From Escherichia coli (GTDB taxonomy: Bacteria > Pseudomonadota > Gammaproteobacteria > Enterobacterales > Enterobacteriaceae), in the NCBI RefSeq assembly GCF_003018255.1, contig NZ_CP027440.1: a stretch of 64,000 nucleotides of DNA; one strand, given 5' to 3'. The position numbers were made by a program, and so were the translations under genes. Position 1 is the stretch's first letter; every line of letters starts with the position of its first letter. The notes under the pieces are model-generated. The model had not been told where the DNA came from. It did no database searches and saw nothing but the letters and a program-made list of their open reading frames with translations. Positions 34,297 through 48,288 of the stretch are shown one piece after another.

Positions 34297-35297
34297 GCGC
34301 CACCTCGCGTTTTACGTCGCACGAGGAAGATCAGCACCGGTGCACCAATAAACGCACTGACCACGGAAACTCGCAGTTCGCCGGGCACAATCACCCGCCC
34401 GATGATATCGGCAAACAGCAGCAGGGCAGGGGTGGCAAGTAGCGTGACGGGCAGCGACCAGCGATGATCTGCTCCAACCAACCAACGCGCCATATGCGGC
34501 ATCATCAGGCCAATAAAGGCAATCGGGCCAACTACCGCCGTCGCACTACCACAAAGCACGGTAATCGCCAGCAGACCAATCAACTGTGTGCGCGCCACGC
34601 GGCTGCCCAGCGCTGTCGCGGTGTCACTGCCGAGGCTTAAACTGTTCAGCGCGCGGCTCAGTAATAGCGCGGTTGCTCCGGCGATCAGCACCGGGATCAG
34701 CACAACTTTTAAGGTATATAGATTGCGAATATCCAGCGAACCGGCTTGCCAGAAACGCAGTTGATCGTAGACGTCAGGATTAAGCAGGGCGATGCCGCTG
34801 GTCAGCCCTTCCAGCACCGCCGCCAGCGCCACGCCCGCCAGGGTTAAACGCACCGGACTTAACTGCCCGCCGCCCTGGCTGCCGGTAAAGGCAACAATCA
34901 ACGAGGCCACCAGCGCCCCGGCGAAGGCCATCGCCAGTTGTTCCTGCGCGGATGAGTAACCAAACAGCGCCGCACCCAGCACAATGGCAAAGCTGGCTCC
35001 GGCGTTTACGCCAAGCAAGCCGGGGTCGGCAAGTGGGTTTCGGGTGAGGGTTTGCATTAACGCCCCGGCAAGCCCAAGCGCGCCGCCTGCCAGTAAACCG
35101 GCAAGGGTGCGCGGCAGCCGCGCGTCGAGCACGATGGTGCAGTCGGCGCTCTGGCAGGTGCCGGAGAGGGCCTCCAGCACTACGGAAGCGGGGAGTGATT
35201 TTGCCCCAATGAGCAGGCTTAATGCCGTCGCGATAATCAGTAATAACAGCAATCCGGGCACGGCAATGGCGCGTGTCACGGCAACAGAACCAGACAT
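34293..35297 (-). CDS. fepD: Ferric enterobactin ABC transporter permease FepD
   Basis: ORF 34293-35309; known start MSGSVAVTRAIAVPGLL. Confidence 0.95.
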   Translation of the reverse strand: MSGSVAVTRAIAVPGLLLLLIIATALSLLIGAKSLPASVVLEALSGTCQSADCTIVLDARLPRTLAGLLAGGALGLAGALMQTLTRNPLADPGLLGVNAGASFAIVLGAALFGYSSAQEQLAMAFAGALVASLIVAFTGSQGGGQLSPVRLTLAGVALAAVLEGLTSGIALLNPDVYDQLRFWQAGSLDIRNLYTLKVVLIPVLIAGATALLLSRALNSLSLGSDTATALGSRVARTQLIGLLAITVLCGSATAVVGPIAFIGLMMPHMARWLVGADHRWSLPVTLLATPALLLFADIIGRVIVPGELRVSVVSAFIGAPVLIFLVRRKTRGGA

Positions 35298-35308
35298 ACG
35301 AACTTCCA

Positions 35309-35335
35309 TGATAATGAAATTAATTATCGTTATCG
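35309..35335. promoter_or_regulatory. Fur box in the fepD-entS divergent promoter region
   Basis: gataatgaaattaattatcgttatc resembles the Fur consensus. Confidence 0.65.
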
Positions 35336-35407
35336 ATCTTATTTGGATATGTTAGCATGTGCAGCCTAAGAATAGGTATTTAAAATATTTGATGGCAAGG
35401 CATTGTA

Positions 35408-36658
35408 ATGAATAAACAATCCTGGCTGCTTAACCTCAGCCTGTTGAAAACGCACCCGGCGTTTCGCGCAGTATTCCTCGCTCGTTTTATCTCAATTGTG
35501 TCTCTGGGTTTGCTCGGCGTCGCGGTACCGGTGCAGATCCAGATAATGACGCATTCTACCTGGCAGGTGGGGCTTTCGGTGACGCTGACCGGCGGCGCGA
35601 TGTTTGTTGGCCTGATGGTCGGCGGTGTGCTGGCGGATCGCTATGAGCGCAAAAAAGTGATTTTGCTGGCGCGCGGCACCTGTGGCATTGGCTTCATTGG
35701 ACTGTGCCTTAATGCACTGCTGCCGGAGCCGTCATTGCTGGCAATCTATTTACTTGGTTTATGGGATGGTTTTTTCGCATCACTTGGCGTTACGGCGCTA
35801 CTGGCGGCGACACCAGCACTGGTAGGGCGTGAAAACTTAATGCAGGCCGGGGCGATCACCATGTTGACCGTGCGTCTGGGATCGGTGATTTCGCCCATGA
35901 TTGGCGGTTTACTGCTGGCGACTGGCGGTGTGGCCTGGAACTACGGGCTGGCGGCGGCGGGCACGTTTATTACCTTGCTACCGTTGTTAAGCCTTCCGGC
36001 GTTACCACCACCACCGCAGCCGCGTGAGCATCCGTTGAAATCATTACTGGCAGGATTTCGTTTTCTGCTCGCCAGCCCGCTGGTAGGAGGGATTGCGCTG
36101 TTGGGTGGTTTATTGACGATGGCGAGCGCGGTGCGGGTACTGTATCCGGCGCTGGCTGACAACTGGCAGATGTCGGCGGCACAGATTGGTTTTCTCTATG
36201 CGGCGATCCCGCTCGGCGCGGCTATTGGCGCGTTAACCAGCGGGAAGCTGGCACATAGCGCGCGACCAGGGTTATTGATGCTGCTCTCCACGCTGGGATC
36301 GTTCCTCGCCATTGGGCTGTTTGGCCTGATGCCGATGTGGATTTTAGGCGTGATTTGTCTGGCGCTATTCGGCTGGCTGAGCGCGGTCAGCTCGTTGCTG
36401 CAATACACAATGCTGCAAACGCAAACCCCGGAAGCGATGTTAGGGCGGATTAACGGTTTGTGGACGGCGCAAAACGTGACGGGCGATGCCATAGGCGCGG
36501 CGCTGTTAGGCGGTCTGGGAGCGATGATGACACCGGTTGCTTCCGCAAGCGCGAGCGGTTTTGGTTTGTTGATTATCGGCGTGTTGTTATTGCTGGTGCT
36601 GGTGGAGTTGCGGCGTTTTCGCCAGACGCCGCCGCAGGTGACAGCGTCCGACAGTTAA
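35408..36658 (+). CDS. entS: Enterobactin exporter EntS (MFS)
   Basis: 416-aa [33 protein letters not shown]... Confidence 0.95.
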   Translation: MNKQSWLLNLSLLKTHPAFRAVFLARFISIVSLGLLGVAVPVQIQIMTHSTWQVGLSVTLTGGAMFVGLMVGGVLADRYERKKVILLARGTCGIGFIGLCLNALLPEPSLLAIYLLGLWDGFFASLGVTALLAATPALVGRENLMQAGAITMLTVRLGSVISPMIGGLLLATGGVAWNYGLAAAGTFITLLPLLSLPALPPPPQPREHPLKSLLAGFRFLLASPLVGGIALLGGLLTMASAVRVLYPALADNWQMSAAQIGFLYAAIPLGAAIGALTSGKLAHSARPGLLMLLSTLGSFLAIGLFGLMPMWILGVICLALFGWLSAVSSLLQYTMLQTQTPEAMLGRINGLWTAQNVTGDAIGAALLGGLGAMMTPVASASASGFGLLIIGVLLLLVLVELRRFRQTPPQVTASDS

Positions 36659-36661
36659 TGC

Positions 36662-37618
36662 TTAAAACAGCGCCTTAAGTCGTTCCAGCACTTGCATGGC
36701 GCTGTAGTAATCCAGTCGGAACGTCTCGGTTCCCAGCGCATAAACCTGCTTGTTTTGTACTGCAGGCAGGTGCGCGAGCAGCGGATTGGCATAAATCGCA
36801 TCGGCATCTTTCTGATCACCGGCGAACAGGAATAGTGACTCGCCATTTAACCCTGCAGCCAGATTTTCCCCACCAAGCTGAATGATGTCATGGCGTTTAC
36901 CCTGGCTTTGGCTGGCATTTAACCCTGCGGGTAACTTCGCCAGCGTAAAGCCGAGTTGTTCCAGCATCTGCCCTTGTGCTGATTCCGGCGTCCAGAGATT
37001 GGCACTGTGTGCAGCGGCAGTATAGACAATGGCAGTGACCGGCTGCGGCGGTAATTTGATTTGCTCTTTCGCCGCCGCCAGTTGCTTATCAAACTGCGCA
37101 ATCCGCTCTGCCGCTTGTTTCTCATGCCCGGTAATTTCGCCAAGTTGCGTTAACAGCGCCTGCCAGCTTTTGTCGTCGTAATTGATGATTAATGTCGGGG
37201 CGATGGTGGAAAGCTGATCATACAGCGCCAGCGCCGAATCACCGCCGGTTGCGCTAATTAAAATCAGATCCGGCATTTGCGCGGCAACGGCTTCGGCGCT
37301 CGGTTCGCCGATATAGAGCCGTTGCAGTTTGCGTTCTTTCGCCACCTTGCTCCACTGGCGTAAAAAGCCCTGGTCATCCGCTACGCGGTTATTCGGCGTG
37401 GTCGCGCCGCTGGCGATCACCGGAGCATCAATCGCCAGCAGTGAGCCGGTCAGGGTGACGCTGGTGGAAACAATACGCTGCGGCTGGCTTTCTAGGGTAT
37501 GAGTGCCCCGGCTGTCAGTAATCTGACGCGGCCAGTCGGCAGCCTGAACTGCGGCTATTCCTGAAAGCAAAAGTCCTGTTAATAGAAGGGCGTTGCGGTA
37601 GAGCGGGGCGAGTCTCAC
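36662..37618 (-). CDS. fepB: Periplasmic ferric enterobactin-binding protein FepB
   Basis: 318-aa ORF with signal peptide [26 protein letters not shown]. Confidence 0.95.
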   Translation of the reverse strand: MRLAPLYRNALLLTGLLLSGIAAVQAADWPRQITDSRGTHTLESQPQRIVSTSVTLTGSLLAIDAPVIASGATTPNNRVADDQGFLRQWSKVAKERKLQRLYIGEPSAEAVAAQMPDLILISATGGDSALALYDQLSTIAPTLIINYDDKSWQALLTQLGEITGHEKQAAERIAQFDKQLAAAKEQIKLPPQPVTAIVYTAAAHSANLWTPESAQGQMLEQLGFTLAKLPAGLNASQSQGKRHDIIQLGGENLAAGLNGESLFLFAGDQKDADAIYANPLLAHLPAVQNKQVYALGTETFRLDYYSAMQVLERLKALF

Positions 37619-37757
37619 AAGTCAGCTTCCTGTTATTAATGAAGTTAATGCTTCTCATTTTCATTGTAACCACAACCAGATGCAACCCCGAGTTGCAGAT
37701 TGCGTTACCTCAAGAGTTGACATAGTGCGCGTTTGCTTTTAGGTTAGCGACCGAAAA

Positions 37758-37782
37758 TATAAATGATAATCATTATTAAAGC
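37758..37782. promoter_or_regulatory. Fur box in the fepB-entC divergent promoter region
   Basis: aaatgataatcattattaa, near-consensus Fur box. Confidence 0.75.
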
Positions 37783-37806
37783 CTTTATCATTTTGTGGAG
37801 GATGAT

Positions 37807-38982
<1,176 letters not shown>

Positions 38983-38991
38983 GGAGCGAGG

Positions 38992-40602
38992 ATGAGCATT
39001 CCATTTACCCGCTGGCCGGAAGAGTTTGCCCGTCGCTATCGGGAAAAAGGCTACTGGCAGGATTTGCCGCTGACCGACATTCTGACGCGACATGCTGCGA
39101 GTGACAGCATCGCGGTTATCGACGGCGAGCGGCAGTTGAGTTACCGGGAGCTGAATCAGGCGGCGGATAACCTCGCGTGTAGTTTACGCCGTCAGGGCAT
39201 TAAACCTGGTGAAACCGCGCTGGTACAACTGGGTAACGTCGCTGAACTTTACATTACCTTTTTCGCGCTGCTGAAACTGGGCGTTGCGCCGGTGCTGGCG
39301 CTGTTCAGCCATCAGCGTAGTGAACTGAACGCCTATGCCAGCCAGATTGAACCGGCGTTACTGATTGCCGATCGCCAACATGCGCTGTTTAGCGGGGATG
39401 ATTTTCTCAACACATTTGTTGCAGAGCATTCTTCCATTCGCGTGGTGCAACTGCACAACGACAGCGGTGAGCATAACTTGCAGGATGCGATTAACCATCC
39501 GGCTGGGGATTTTACTGCCACACCGTCACCTGCTGATGAAGTGGCCTATTTCCAGCTTTCCGGCGGCACCACCGGCACTCCGAAACTGATCCCGCGCACT
39601 CATAACGACTACTACTACAGCGTGCGTCGTAGCGTCGAGATTTGTCAGTTCACACAACAGACGCGCTACCTGTGCGCGATTCCGGCGGCTCATAACTACG
39701 CCATGAGTTCGCCGGGATCGTTGGGGGTATTTCTCGCTGGCGGCACTGTCGTTCTGGCTGCCGACCCCAGCGCCACGCTTTGCTTCCCATTGATTGAAAA
39801 ACATCAGGTCAACGTTACCGCGCTGGTGCCGCCCGCAGTCAGCCTGTGGTTGCAGGCACTGGCTGAAGGCGAAAGCCGGGCGCAGCTTGCCTCGCTGAAA
39901 CTGTTACAGGTCGGTGGTGCACGTCTTTCTGCCACGCTTGCGGCGCGTATTCCCGCAGAGATTGGCTGCCAGTTACAGCAGGTATTCGGCATGGCGGAAG
40001 GACTAGTGAACTACACCCGACTTGATGATAGCGCGGAGAAAATTATCCATACCCAGGGTTACCCAATGTGTCCGGACGATGAAGTGTGGGTTGCCGATGC
40101 CGAAGGAAATCCACTGCCGCAAGGGGAAGTTGGACGCCTGATGACCCGCGGTCCGTATACCTTCCGTGGCTATTACAAAAGCCCGCAGCACAATGCCAGC
40201 GCCTTTGATGCCAACGGTTTTTACTGTTCCGGCGATCTGATCTCTATTGATCCAGAGGGTTACATCACTGTGCAGGGGCGCGAGAAAGATCAGATCAACC
40301 GTGGCGGCGAGAAGATCGCTGCCGAAGAGATCGAAAACCTGCTGCTGCGCCATCCGGCGGTGATCTACGCCGCACTGGTGAGCATGGAAGATGAGCTGAT
40401 GGGCGAAAAAAGCTGTGCTTATCTGGTGGTAAAAGAGCCGCTGCGCGCGGTGCAGGTGCGTCGTTTCCTGCGTGAACAGGGTATTGCCGAATTTAAATTA
40501 CCGGATCGCGTGGAGTGTGTAGATTCACTTCCGCTGACGGCGGTCGGGAAAGTCGATAAAAAACAATTACGTCAGTGGCTGGCGTCACGCGCATCAGCCT
40601 GA
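38992..40602 (+). CDS. entE: 2,3-dihydroxybenzoate-AMP ligase EntE
   Basis: 536-aa adenylate-forming enzyme [25 protein letters not shown]... Confidence 0.95.
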   Translation: MSIPFTRWPEEFARRYREKGYWQDLPLTDILTRHAASDSIAVIDGERQLSYRELNQAADNLACSLRRQGIKPGETALVQLGNVAELYITFFALLKLGVAPVLALFSHQRSELNAYASQIEPALLIADRQHALFSGDDFLNTFVAEHSSIRVVQLHNDSGEHNLQDAINHPAGDFTATPSPADEVAYFQLSGGTTGTPKLIPRTHNDYYYSVRRSVEICQFTQQTRYLCAIPAAHNYAMSSPGSLGVFLAGGTVVLAADPSATLCFPLIEKHQVNVTALVPPAVSLWLQALAEGESRAQLASLKLLQVGGARLSATLAARIPAEIGCQLQQVFGMAEGLVNYTRLDDSAEKIIHTQGYPMCPDDEVWVADAEGNPLPQGEVGRLMTRGPYTFRGYYKSPQHNASAFDANGFYCSGDLISIDPEGYITVQGREKDQINRGGEKIAAEEIENLLLRHPAVIYAALVSMEDELMGEKSCAYLVVKEPLRAVQVRRFLREQGIAEFKLPDRVECVDSLPLTAVGKVDKKQLRQWLASRASA

Positions 40603-40615
40603 AGGAGAGAACACG

Positions 40616-41472
40616 ATGGCTATTCCAAAATTACAGGCTTACGCACTGCCGGAGTCTCACGATATTCCGCAGAATAAAGTCGACTGGGCCTTTGAACCGC
40701 AACGTGCCGCGTTGTTAATCCATGATATGCAGGACTATTTTGTCAGCTTCTGGGGCGAGAACTGCCCGATGATGGAGCAGGTGATCGCGAATATTGCGGC
40801 ACTACGCGACTACTGCAAACAGCACAATATCCCGGTTTATTACACCGCCCAGCCGAAAGAGCAGAGCGATGAAGATCGGGCGCTGTTGAATGATATGTGG
40901 GGGCCAGGCCTGACCCGTTCGCCGGAACAGCAAAAGGTGGTGGATCGCCTGACGCCAGATGCCGACGACACGGTGCTGGTGAAGTGGCGCTACAGCGCGT
41001 TTCATCGTTCCCCGCTGGAGCAAATGCTCAAAGAGAGTGGACGTAACCAGCTGATTATTACCGGGGTATATGCCCACATTGGCTGTATGACCACCGCAAC
41101 GGACGCATTTATGCGCGATATTAAACCGTTTATGGTGGCGGATGCGCTGGCCGATTTCAGCCGTGACGAGCATTTGATGTCGCTGAAATATGTGGCCGGA
41201 CGTTCTGGTCGGGTGGTGATGACCGAAGAATTGCTGCCAGCACCTATCCCCGCCAGCAAAGCGGCGCTGCGTGAGGTGATCCTGCCGTTGCTGGACGAGT
41301 CCGATGAACCGTTCGATGACGACAACCTGATCGACTACGGTCTGGATTCGGTGCGGATGATGGCGCTGGCGGCGCGCTGGCGCAAAGTGCATGGCGATAT
41401 CGACTTTGTCATGCTGGCGAAAAACCCGACCATCGACGCCTGGTGGAAGCTACTTTCCCGCGAGGTGAAATA

Positions 41473-41473
<1 letters not shown>
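40616..41473 (+). CDS. entB: Isochorismatase / aryl carrier protein EntB
   Basis: 285-aa ORF MAIPKLQAYALPESHDIPQNKVDW... Confidence 0.95.
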
Positions 41474-42635
<1,162 letters not shown>

Positions 42636-42815
42636 ACCCGACAGAATTAAATGAGATTGCAGGAAAACTCGGTTAACGGAGTGATCGAGTTAACATTGTT
42701 AAGTTAAATATTGGTTTCAACTCCGATTTGCATGGTTGCTGTGTTGTTAAATTGTACAAAGATGTTATAGAAACAAAATGTAACATCTCTATGGACACGC
42801 ACACGGATAACAACT

Positions 42816-44921
42816 ATGAACAAATCAGGGAAATACCTCGTCTGGACAGTGCTCTCTGTAATGGGAGCATTTGCTCTGGGATACATTGCTTTAAATCGTG
42901 GGGAACAGATCAACGCGCTGTGGATTGTGGTGGCGTCGGTCTGTATCTATCTGATCGCTTACCGTTTTTATGGGCTGTATATCGCCAAAAATGTGCTGGC
43001 GGTTGACCCGACGCGTATGACGCCAGCGGTGCGCCATAACGACGGGCTGGACTATGTGCCGACGGACAAAAAAGTGCTGTTCGGTCACCATTTTGCGGCC
43101 ATTGCCGGAGCAGGTCCGTTGGTTGGGCCGGTACTGGCGGCGCAAATGGGTTACCTGCCAGGGATGATCTGGCTGCTCGCTGGGGTGGTTCTCGCCGGTG
43201 CGGTGCAGGATTTCATGGTGCTGTTTGTTTCTACGCGCCGCGATGGTCGCTCGCTGGGTGAGCTGGTCAAAGAAGAGATGGGGCCAACCGCCGGGGTGAT
43301 AGCGCTGGTGGCCTGCTTTATGATCATGGTCATTATCCTTGCCGTGCTGGCGATGATCGTGGTGAAAGCTCTGACCCATAGCCCGTGGGGAACGTATACC
43401 GTTGCGTTCACTATTCCGCTGGCGCTGTTTATGGGGATCTACCTGCGCTATCTGCGTCCGGGGCGTATTGGCGAAGTGTCGGTGATTGGCCTGGTGTTCC
43501 TGATTTTCGCCATTATCTCTGGCGGCTGGGTGGCAGAAAGTCCGACCTGGGCACCGTACTTTGACTTTACCGACGTGCAGCTGACCTGGATGCTGGTGGG
43601 TTACGGTTTTGTGGCGGCGGTGCTGCCGGTGTGGCTGCTGCTGGCTCCGCGTGACTACCTCTCAACCTTCCTGAAAATCGGGACTATCGTCGGTCTGGCG
43701 GTGGGCATTTTGATTATGCGCCCGACGCTGACCATGCCGGCACTGACCAAATTTGTTGATGGCACTGGCCCGGTATGGACCGGTAACCTGTTCCCGTTCC
43801 TGTTTATCACCATCGCCTGTGGCGCGGTGTCTGGCTTCCATGCACTGATCTCTTCCGGCACTACACCGAAGATGCTGGCGAACGAAGGGCAGGCGTGCTT
43901 TATCGGCTACGGTGGGATGTTGATGGAATCCTTCGTGGCGATTATGGCGCTGGTTTCCGCCTGTATCATCGATCCGGGTGTGTACTTCGCCATGAACAGC
44001 CCGATGGCGGTGCTGGCTCCGGCAGGGACGGCGGATGTGGTTGCTTCTGCCGCGCAGGTGGTGAGTAGCTGGGGCTTTGCGATTACCCCGGATACGCTAA
44101 ACCAGATTGCCAGCGAAGTGGGTGAACAGTCGATCATTTCCCGTGCGGGCGGTGCGCCGACCCTGGCGGTGGGGATGGCCTACATTCTGCACGGTGCGCT
44201 GGGCGGCATGATGGATGTGGCGTTCTGGTATCACTTCGCCATTCTGTTTGAAGCACTGTTTATTCTGACGGCGGTGGATGCAGGTACGCGTGCTGCGCGC
44301 TTTATGTTGCAGGATCTGCTGGGCGTGGTGTCTCCGGGCCTGAAACGGACCGATTCACTGCCTGCTAACCTGCTGGCAACGGCGCTGTGCGTGCTGGCGT
44401 GGGGCTACTTCCTGCATCAGGGCGTGGTCGATCCGCTGGGCGGTATTAACACCTTGTGGCCGCTGTTTGGTATTGCCAACCAGATGCTGGCAGGGATGGC
44501 GCTGATGCTCTGTGCTGTGGTGCTGTTCAAAATGAAACGTCAACGTTACGCCTGGGTGGCGCTGGTACCAACGGCCTGGCTGCTGATTTGTACCCTGACC
44601 GCAGGCTGGCAGAAAGCGTTTAGCCCGGATGCGAAAGTCGGCTTCCTGGCGATTGCTAACAAGTTCCAGGCAATGATCGACAGCGGCAATATTCCATCGC
44701 AGTATACTGAGTCACAGCTGGCGCAACTGGTGTTCAACAACCGTCTTGATGCCGGGTTAACCATCTTCTTTATGGTGGTCGTGGTGGTTCTGGCACTGTT
44801 CTCGATTAAGACGGCACTGGCGGCATTGAAAGAGCCGAAGCCAACGGCGAAAGAAACGCCATATGAGCCAATGCCGGAAAATGTCGAGGAGATCGTGGCG
44901 CAGGCAAAAGGCGCGCACTAA
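42816..44921 (+). CDS. cstA: Carbon starvation protein CstA (peptide/pyruvate transporter)
   Basis: 701-aa polytopic ORF MNKSGKYLVWTVLSVMGAFALGYIALN... Confidence 0.95.
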   Translation: MNKSGKYLVWTVLSVMGAFALGYIALNRGEQINALWIVVASVCIYLIAYRFYGLYIAKNVLAVDPTRMTPAVRHNDGLDYVPTDKKVLFGHHFAAIAGAGPLVGPVLAAQMGYLPGMIWLLAGVVLAGAVQDFMVLFVSTRRDGRSLGELVKEEMGPTAGVIALVACFMIMVIILAVLAMIVVKALTHSPWGTYTVAFTIPLALFMGIYLRYLRPGRIGEVSVIGLVFLIFAIISGGWVAESPTWAPYFDFTDVQLTWMLVGYGFVAAVLPVWLLLAPRDYLSTFLKIGTIVGLAVGILIMRPTLTMPALTKFVDGTGPVWTGNLFPFLFITIACGAVSGFHALISSGTTPKMLANEGQACFIGYGGMLMESFVAIMALVSACIIDPGVYFAMNSPMAVLAPAGTADVVASAAQVVSSWGFAITPDTLNQIASEVGEQSIISRAGGAPTLAVGMAYILHGALGGMMDVAFWYHFAILFEALFILTAVDAGTRAARFMLQDLLGVVSPGLKRTDSLPANLLATALCVLAWGYFLHQGVVDPLGGINTLWPLFGIANQMLAGMALMLCAVVLFKMKRQRYAWVALVPTAWLLICTLTAGWQKAFSPDAKVGFLAIANKFQAMIDSGNIPSQYTESQLAQLVFNNRLDAGLTIFFMVVVVVLALFSIKTALAALKEPKPTAKETPYEPMPENVEEIVAQAKGAH

Positions 44922-44939
44922 AGTCAGAGTGAGGGGGGA

Positions 44940-45075
44940 ATGTTGGCATAGTGCCGAGGGTTCCCCCTCACCCTAACCCTCTCCCCGATGGGGCGAGGGG
45001 ACTGACCGAGCGCGTTGATAGCATTTGTAGGCCGGATAAAGCGTTCACGCCGCATCCGGCACTCTTTCAGCAACA
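44940..45075. repeat. Intergenic repeat cluster (BIME/REP-type palindromic units)
   Basis: GC-rich palindromes gggttccccctcaccctaaccctctccccgatggggcgagggg and REP-like tgtaggccggataaagcgttcacgccgcatccggca. Confidence 0.6.
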
Positions 45076-45093
45076 TGGTTAGCGGAGGCCAAG

Positions 45094-45291
45094 ATGTTTG
45101 ATTCACTGGCAAAAGCCGGAAAATATTTAGGTCAGGCGGCGAAGCTGATGATTGGTATGCCTGATTACGACAACTATGTCGAACATATGCGGGTTAACCA
45201 TCCCGATCAAACGCCGATGACCTACGAAGAGTTTTTCCGTGAGCGGCAGGACGCGCGCTACGGTGGAAAAGGCGGCGCGCGCTGCTGCTAA
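45094..45291 (+). CDS. ybdD: Small protein YbdD (DUF466)
   Basis: 65-aa [35 protein letters not shown]... immediately after cstA. Confidence 0.9.
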   Translation: MFDSLAKAGKYLGQAAKLMIGMPDYDNYVEHMRVNHPDQTPMTYEEFFRERQDARYGGKGGARCC

Positions 45292-45300
45292 ATTGGTACG

Positions 45301-46389
45301 TCAGGCTTGAAACGATTCCACTTTTTCGAACGCTGCACGTAACGTATCTGGTGTCAGCGTGACCGGCAGGTAATGAATGGATTCCACCGGACGTAAGGTG
45401 TGGGCAATCACTTTGTCGATCTCCGCCTGATTATTGATATCCACTTCCAGCTCCGCCAGCGTAGTCGGCAGATGAAAACGCTGATACGCCTCTGTTAATT
45501 GCGCCAGCACATCATCCTGACCCAGCAAGGCGCTTTGCACCAGAATTCCGTAGGCGACTTTGGTGCCGTGGAGAAACTTCTCGGTTTGCGGCAAAACGGT
45601 CAGACCGTTATGCACGGCATGGGCCGCCGCCACACGCGTAAAACGATCGCCCAGACCACCGACCATCCCACCACCAGCAATAATAGCATCCACCACATCG
45701 CAAAATGATTGCGTTAACTGTTGTTTTTGCTGATCGCTCAGCGCCTGTTCGCTACTGTTTAACAAGACGTCGCGAATGGCCTGCGCATTATTGATCCCCA
45801 GCCGCACGGTTAGCGGCAACGTTTCTGGTTGCGGAGCCAGCACCACCGCTTCATACCATTTCGCCAGCGTGTCACCGATCCCCGCCAGCAGATATTCTTG
45901 CGGCGCATTGAGGATAATCTCTGGCTCCACCAGCACCATAAAATTGGCGTCGTCGAAAATCTCATAATGCAGCGCCTGTCCGGCATCGTTATACCAGACG
46001 GAGAGCGGTGTCCAGGCGGCGCAGGTGGCGGCGATCGTCGGAACGGCAACAAACGGCAGACCGAGACGGCGGGCGAGGGCTTTCGCGGTGTCGAGCAGTG
46101 CGCCGCCGCCGACGCCAATCACCACGCTGCGATCGTCACCGGACTCAGCCGCCAGTTGTTGTACATCGCTTTCGCTGCAATGGCCGCGAAACAAAATATG
46201 CTTTGCCCCTGGCAGTTCAAACGCTGGCGGAAGTTTTGTTTGCGCCGCAGCAATGGCGCGTTCGCCGTAGATCCACACCGCGCGAGAAAGTTGTTCATCA
46301 GTGAAAAAATCGTGCAGGTGATTGAAACTTCCGGGATGTGAAAAGTAGTTAGCCGGGCCGACGACCACGCGGATAGGATTGTGAGGCAT
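45301..46389 (-). CDS. ybdH: Iron-containing alcohol dehydrogenase-family oxidoreductase YbdH
   Basis: 362-aa ORF, glycerol dehydrogenase-like fold motifs (GGGxxxD). Confidence 0.9.
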   Translation of the reverse strand: MPHNPIRVVVGPANYFSHPGSFNHLHDFFTDEQLSRAVWIYGERAIAAAQTKLPPAFELPGAKHILFRGHCSESDVQQLAAESGDDRSVVIGVGGGALLDTAKALARRLGLPFVAVPTIAATCAAWTPLSVWYNDAGQALHYEIFDDANFMVLVEPEIILNAPQEYLLAGIGDTLAKWYEAVVLAPQPETLPLTVRLGINNAQAIRDVLLNSSEQALSDQQKQQLTQSFCDVVDAIIAGGGMVGGLGDRFTRVAAAHAVHNGLTVLPQTEKFLHGTKVAYGILVQSALLGQDDVLAQLTEAYQRFHLPTTLAELEVDINNQAEIDKVIAHTLRPVESIHYLPVTLTPDTLRAAFEKVESFQA

Positions 46390-46497
46390 GTTGTGTTGTC
46401 CTTATTGTTTTATTTAGACATCTAAACGTCTTGATTGCCAAATACTAGCATCGTGTTATAGTGCCTTCAACACGCAACTTCGTCAGGTACAATAAAA

Positions 46498-47658
46498 ATG
46501 ACAAATAACCCTCTGATTCCACAAAGCAAACTTCCACAACTTGGCACCACTATTTTCACCCGGATGAGCGCGCTGGCGCAGCAACACCAGGCCATTAACC
46601 TGTCGCAAGGCTTTCCTGATTTTGATGGTCCGCGCTATTTGCAGGAGCGGCTGGCGTACCATGTTGACCAGGGGGCAAACCAATACGCGCCTATGACTGG
46701 CGTACAGGCCTTGCGCGAGGCGATTGCTCAGAAAACGGAACGTCTGTATGGCTATCAACCGGATGCCGATAGCGATATCACCGTAACGGCAGGGGCGACG
46801 GAAGCGTTATATGCAGCGATTACCGCATTGGTGCGCAATGGTGATGAAGTGATCTGCTTTGATCCCAGCTATGACAGTTACGCGCCCGCCATCGCGCTTT
46901 CGGGGGGAATAGTGAAACGTATTGCACTGCAACCACCGCATTTTCGCGTGGACTGGCAGGAATTTGCCGCATTGTTAAGCGAGCGCACCCGACTGGTGAT
47001 CCTCAACACCCCGCATAACCCCAGTGCAACTGTCTGGCAGCAGGCTGATTTCGCCGCTTTGTGGCAGGCGATCGCCGGGCACGAGATTTTTGTCATTAGC
47101 GATGAAGTCTACGAGCACATCAATTTTTCACAACAGGGCCATGCCAGCGTGCTGGCGCATCCGCAATTGCGTGAGCGAGCGGTGGCGGTGTCATCGTTTG
47201 GCAAGACCTATCATATGACCGGCTGGAAAGTGGGTTATTGCGTTGCGCCTGCGCCCATCAGCGCCGAGATCCGCAAAGTGCATCAGTATCTGACCTTTTC
47301 GGTGAATACCCCGGCACAGTTGGCGCTTGCCGATATGCTACGTGCAGAACCTGAGCATTATCTTGCGTTACCGGACTTTTATCGCCAGAAACGCGATATT
47401 CTGGTGAATGCCTTAAGTGAGAGTCGGCTGGAGATTTTACCGTGCGAAGGTACATACTTTTTGCTGGTGGATTACAGCGCGGTTTCTTCGCTAGATGACG
47501 TTAAGTTTTGCCAGTGGCTGACGCGGGAGCACGGTGTAGCGGCGATCCCGCTGTCGGTATTTTGCGCCGATCCCTTCCCCCATAAACTGATTCGTCTCTG
47601 TTTTGCCAAGAAGGAATCGACGTTGCTGGCAGCAGCTGAACGCCTGCGCCAGCTGTAG
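46498..47658 (+). CDS. ybdL: Methionine aminotransferase YbdL (PLP-dependent)
   Basis: 386-aa class I aminotransferase ORF; PLP lysine context SFGKTYHMTGWKVGY. Confidence 0.9.
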   Translation: MTNNPLIPQSKLPQLGTTIFTRMSALAQQHQAINLSQGFPDFDGPRYLQERLAYHVDQGANQYAPMTGVQALREAIAQKTERLYGYQPDADSDITVTAGATEALYAAITALVRNGDEVICFDPSYDSYAPAIALSGGIVKRIALQPPHFRVDWQEFAALLSERTRLVILNTPHNPSATVWQQADFAALWQAIAGHEIFVISDEVYEHINFSQQGHASVLAHPQLRERAVAVSSFGKTYHMTGWKVGYCVAPAPISAEIRKVHQYLTFSVNTPAQLALADMLRAEPEHYLALPDFYRQKRDILVNALSESRLEILPCEGTYFLLVDYSAVSSLDDVKFCQWLTREHGVAAIPLSVFCADPFPHKLIRLCFAKKESTLLAAAERLRQL

Positions 47659-48288
47659 TTATTTGACAGTCCAGGCACGGGAATATTGACGGTCGGCAAA
47701 CAACTCTTGCAGGCCGTTAATTTGTTTCAGGCGCAGCACTTCGTCGCTGTCCATTCCCAGCTCTTTGCCAATTTTATTATCGTCCCATCCCAACTGGCTG
47801 AGTTCACGAACAATTTCGGACATGGCAGTGATTTGGTGGCGACCACGAGCGCGGTTATGACGAATAGTCGCGGCGATGCGTTGATTACGCGTACCTTCCA
47901 GACAGGTCACCGGCAAATAACCTTTTAAGCGTAATTTTAACGATGATGAGCCTTTACCAATTTCATGGCGGTGAAAACCATCCACGATTTCCAGGGCATT
48001 TTTATCCGTATGCGTGACCACAATGGGTTGGGTAAAACCATCTATTTCAATGGATTTTTTCAGCAGTTTTTTTTCGGGTGGTGCCACGTTGTTTGGGTTG
48101 TAATCATTAGGCATAAGTTGGCTGTTTTTAACCCACAGAACGCAATCCACTGGCTCTTCACGAAAGGGGCTAACCTGATGGATCGCCATGCGGATTTCAT
48201 TAATCGCTTTGATGCGATCATCTTCCGGCAAGCTGGCGAGAAATTGGGTTAAATCCTGCGTTAATCGTTGTTGCATAGTATCCCCCAT
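47659..48288 (-). CDS. ybdM: ParB-like nuclease domain protein YbdM
   Basis: 209-aa ORF in conserved position. Confidence 0.8.
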   Translation of the reverse strand: MGDTMQQRLTQDLTQFLASLPEDDRIKAINEIRMAIHQVSPFREEPVDCVLWVKNSQLMPNDYNPNNVAPPEKKLLKKSIEIDGFTQPIVVTHTDKNALEIVDGFHRHEIGKGSSSLKLRLKGYLPVTCLEGTRNQRIAATIRHNRARGRHQITAMSEIVRELSQLGWDDNKIGKELGMDSDEVLRLKQINGLQELFADRQYSRAWTVK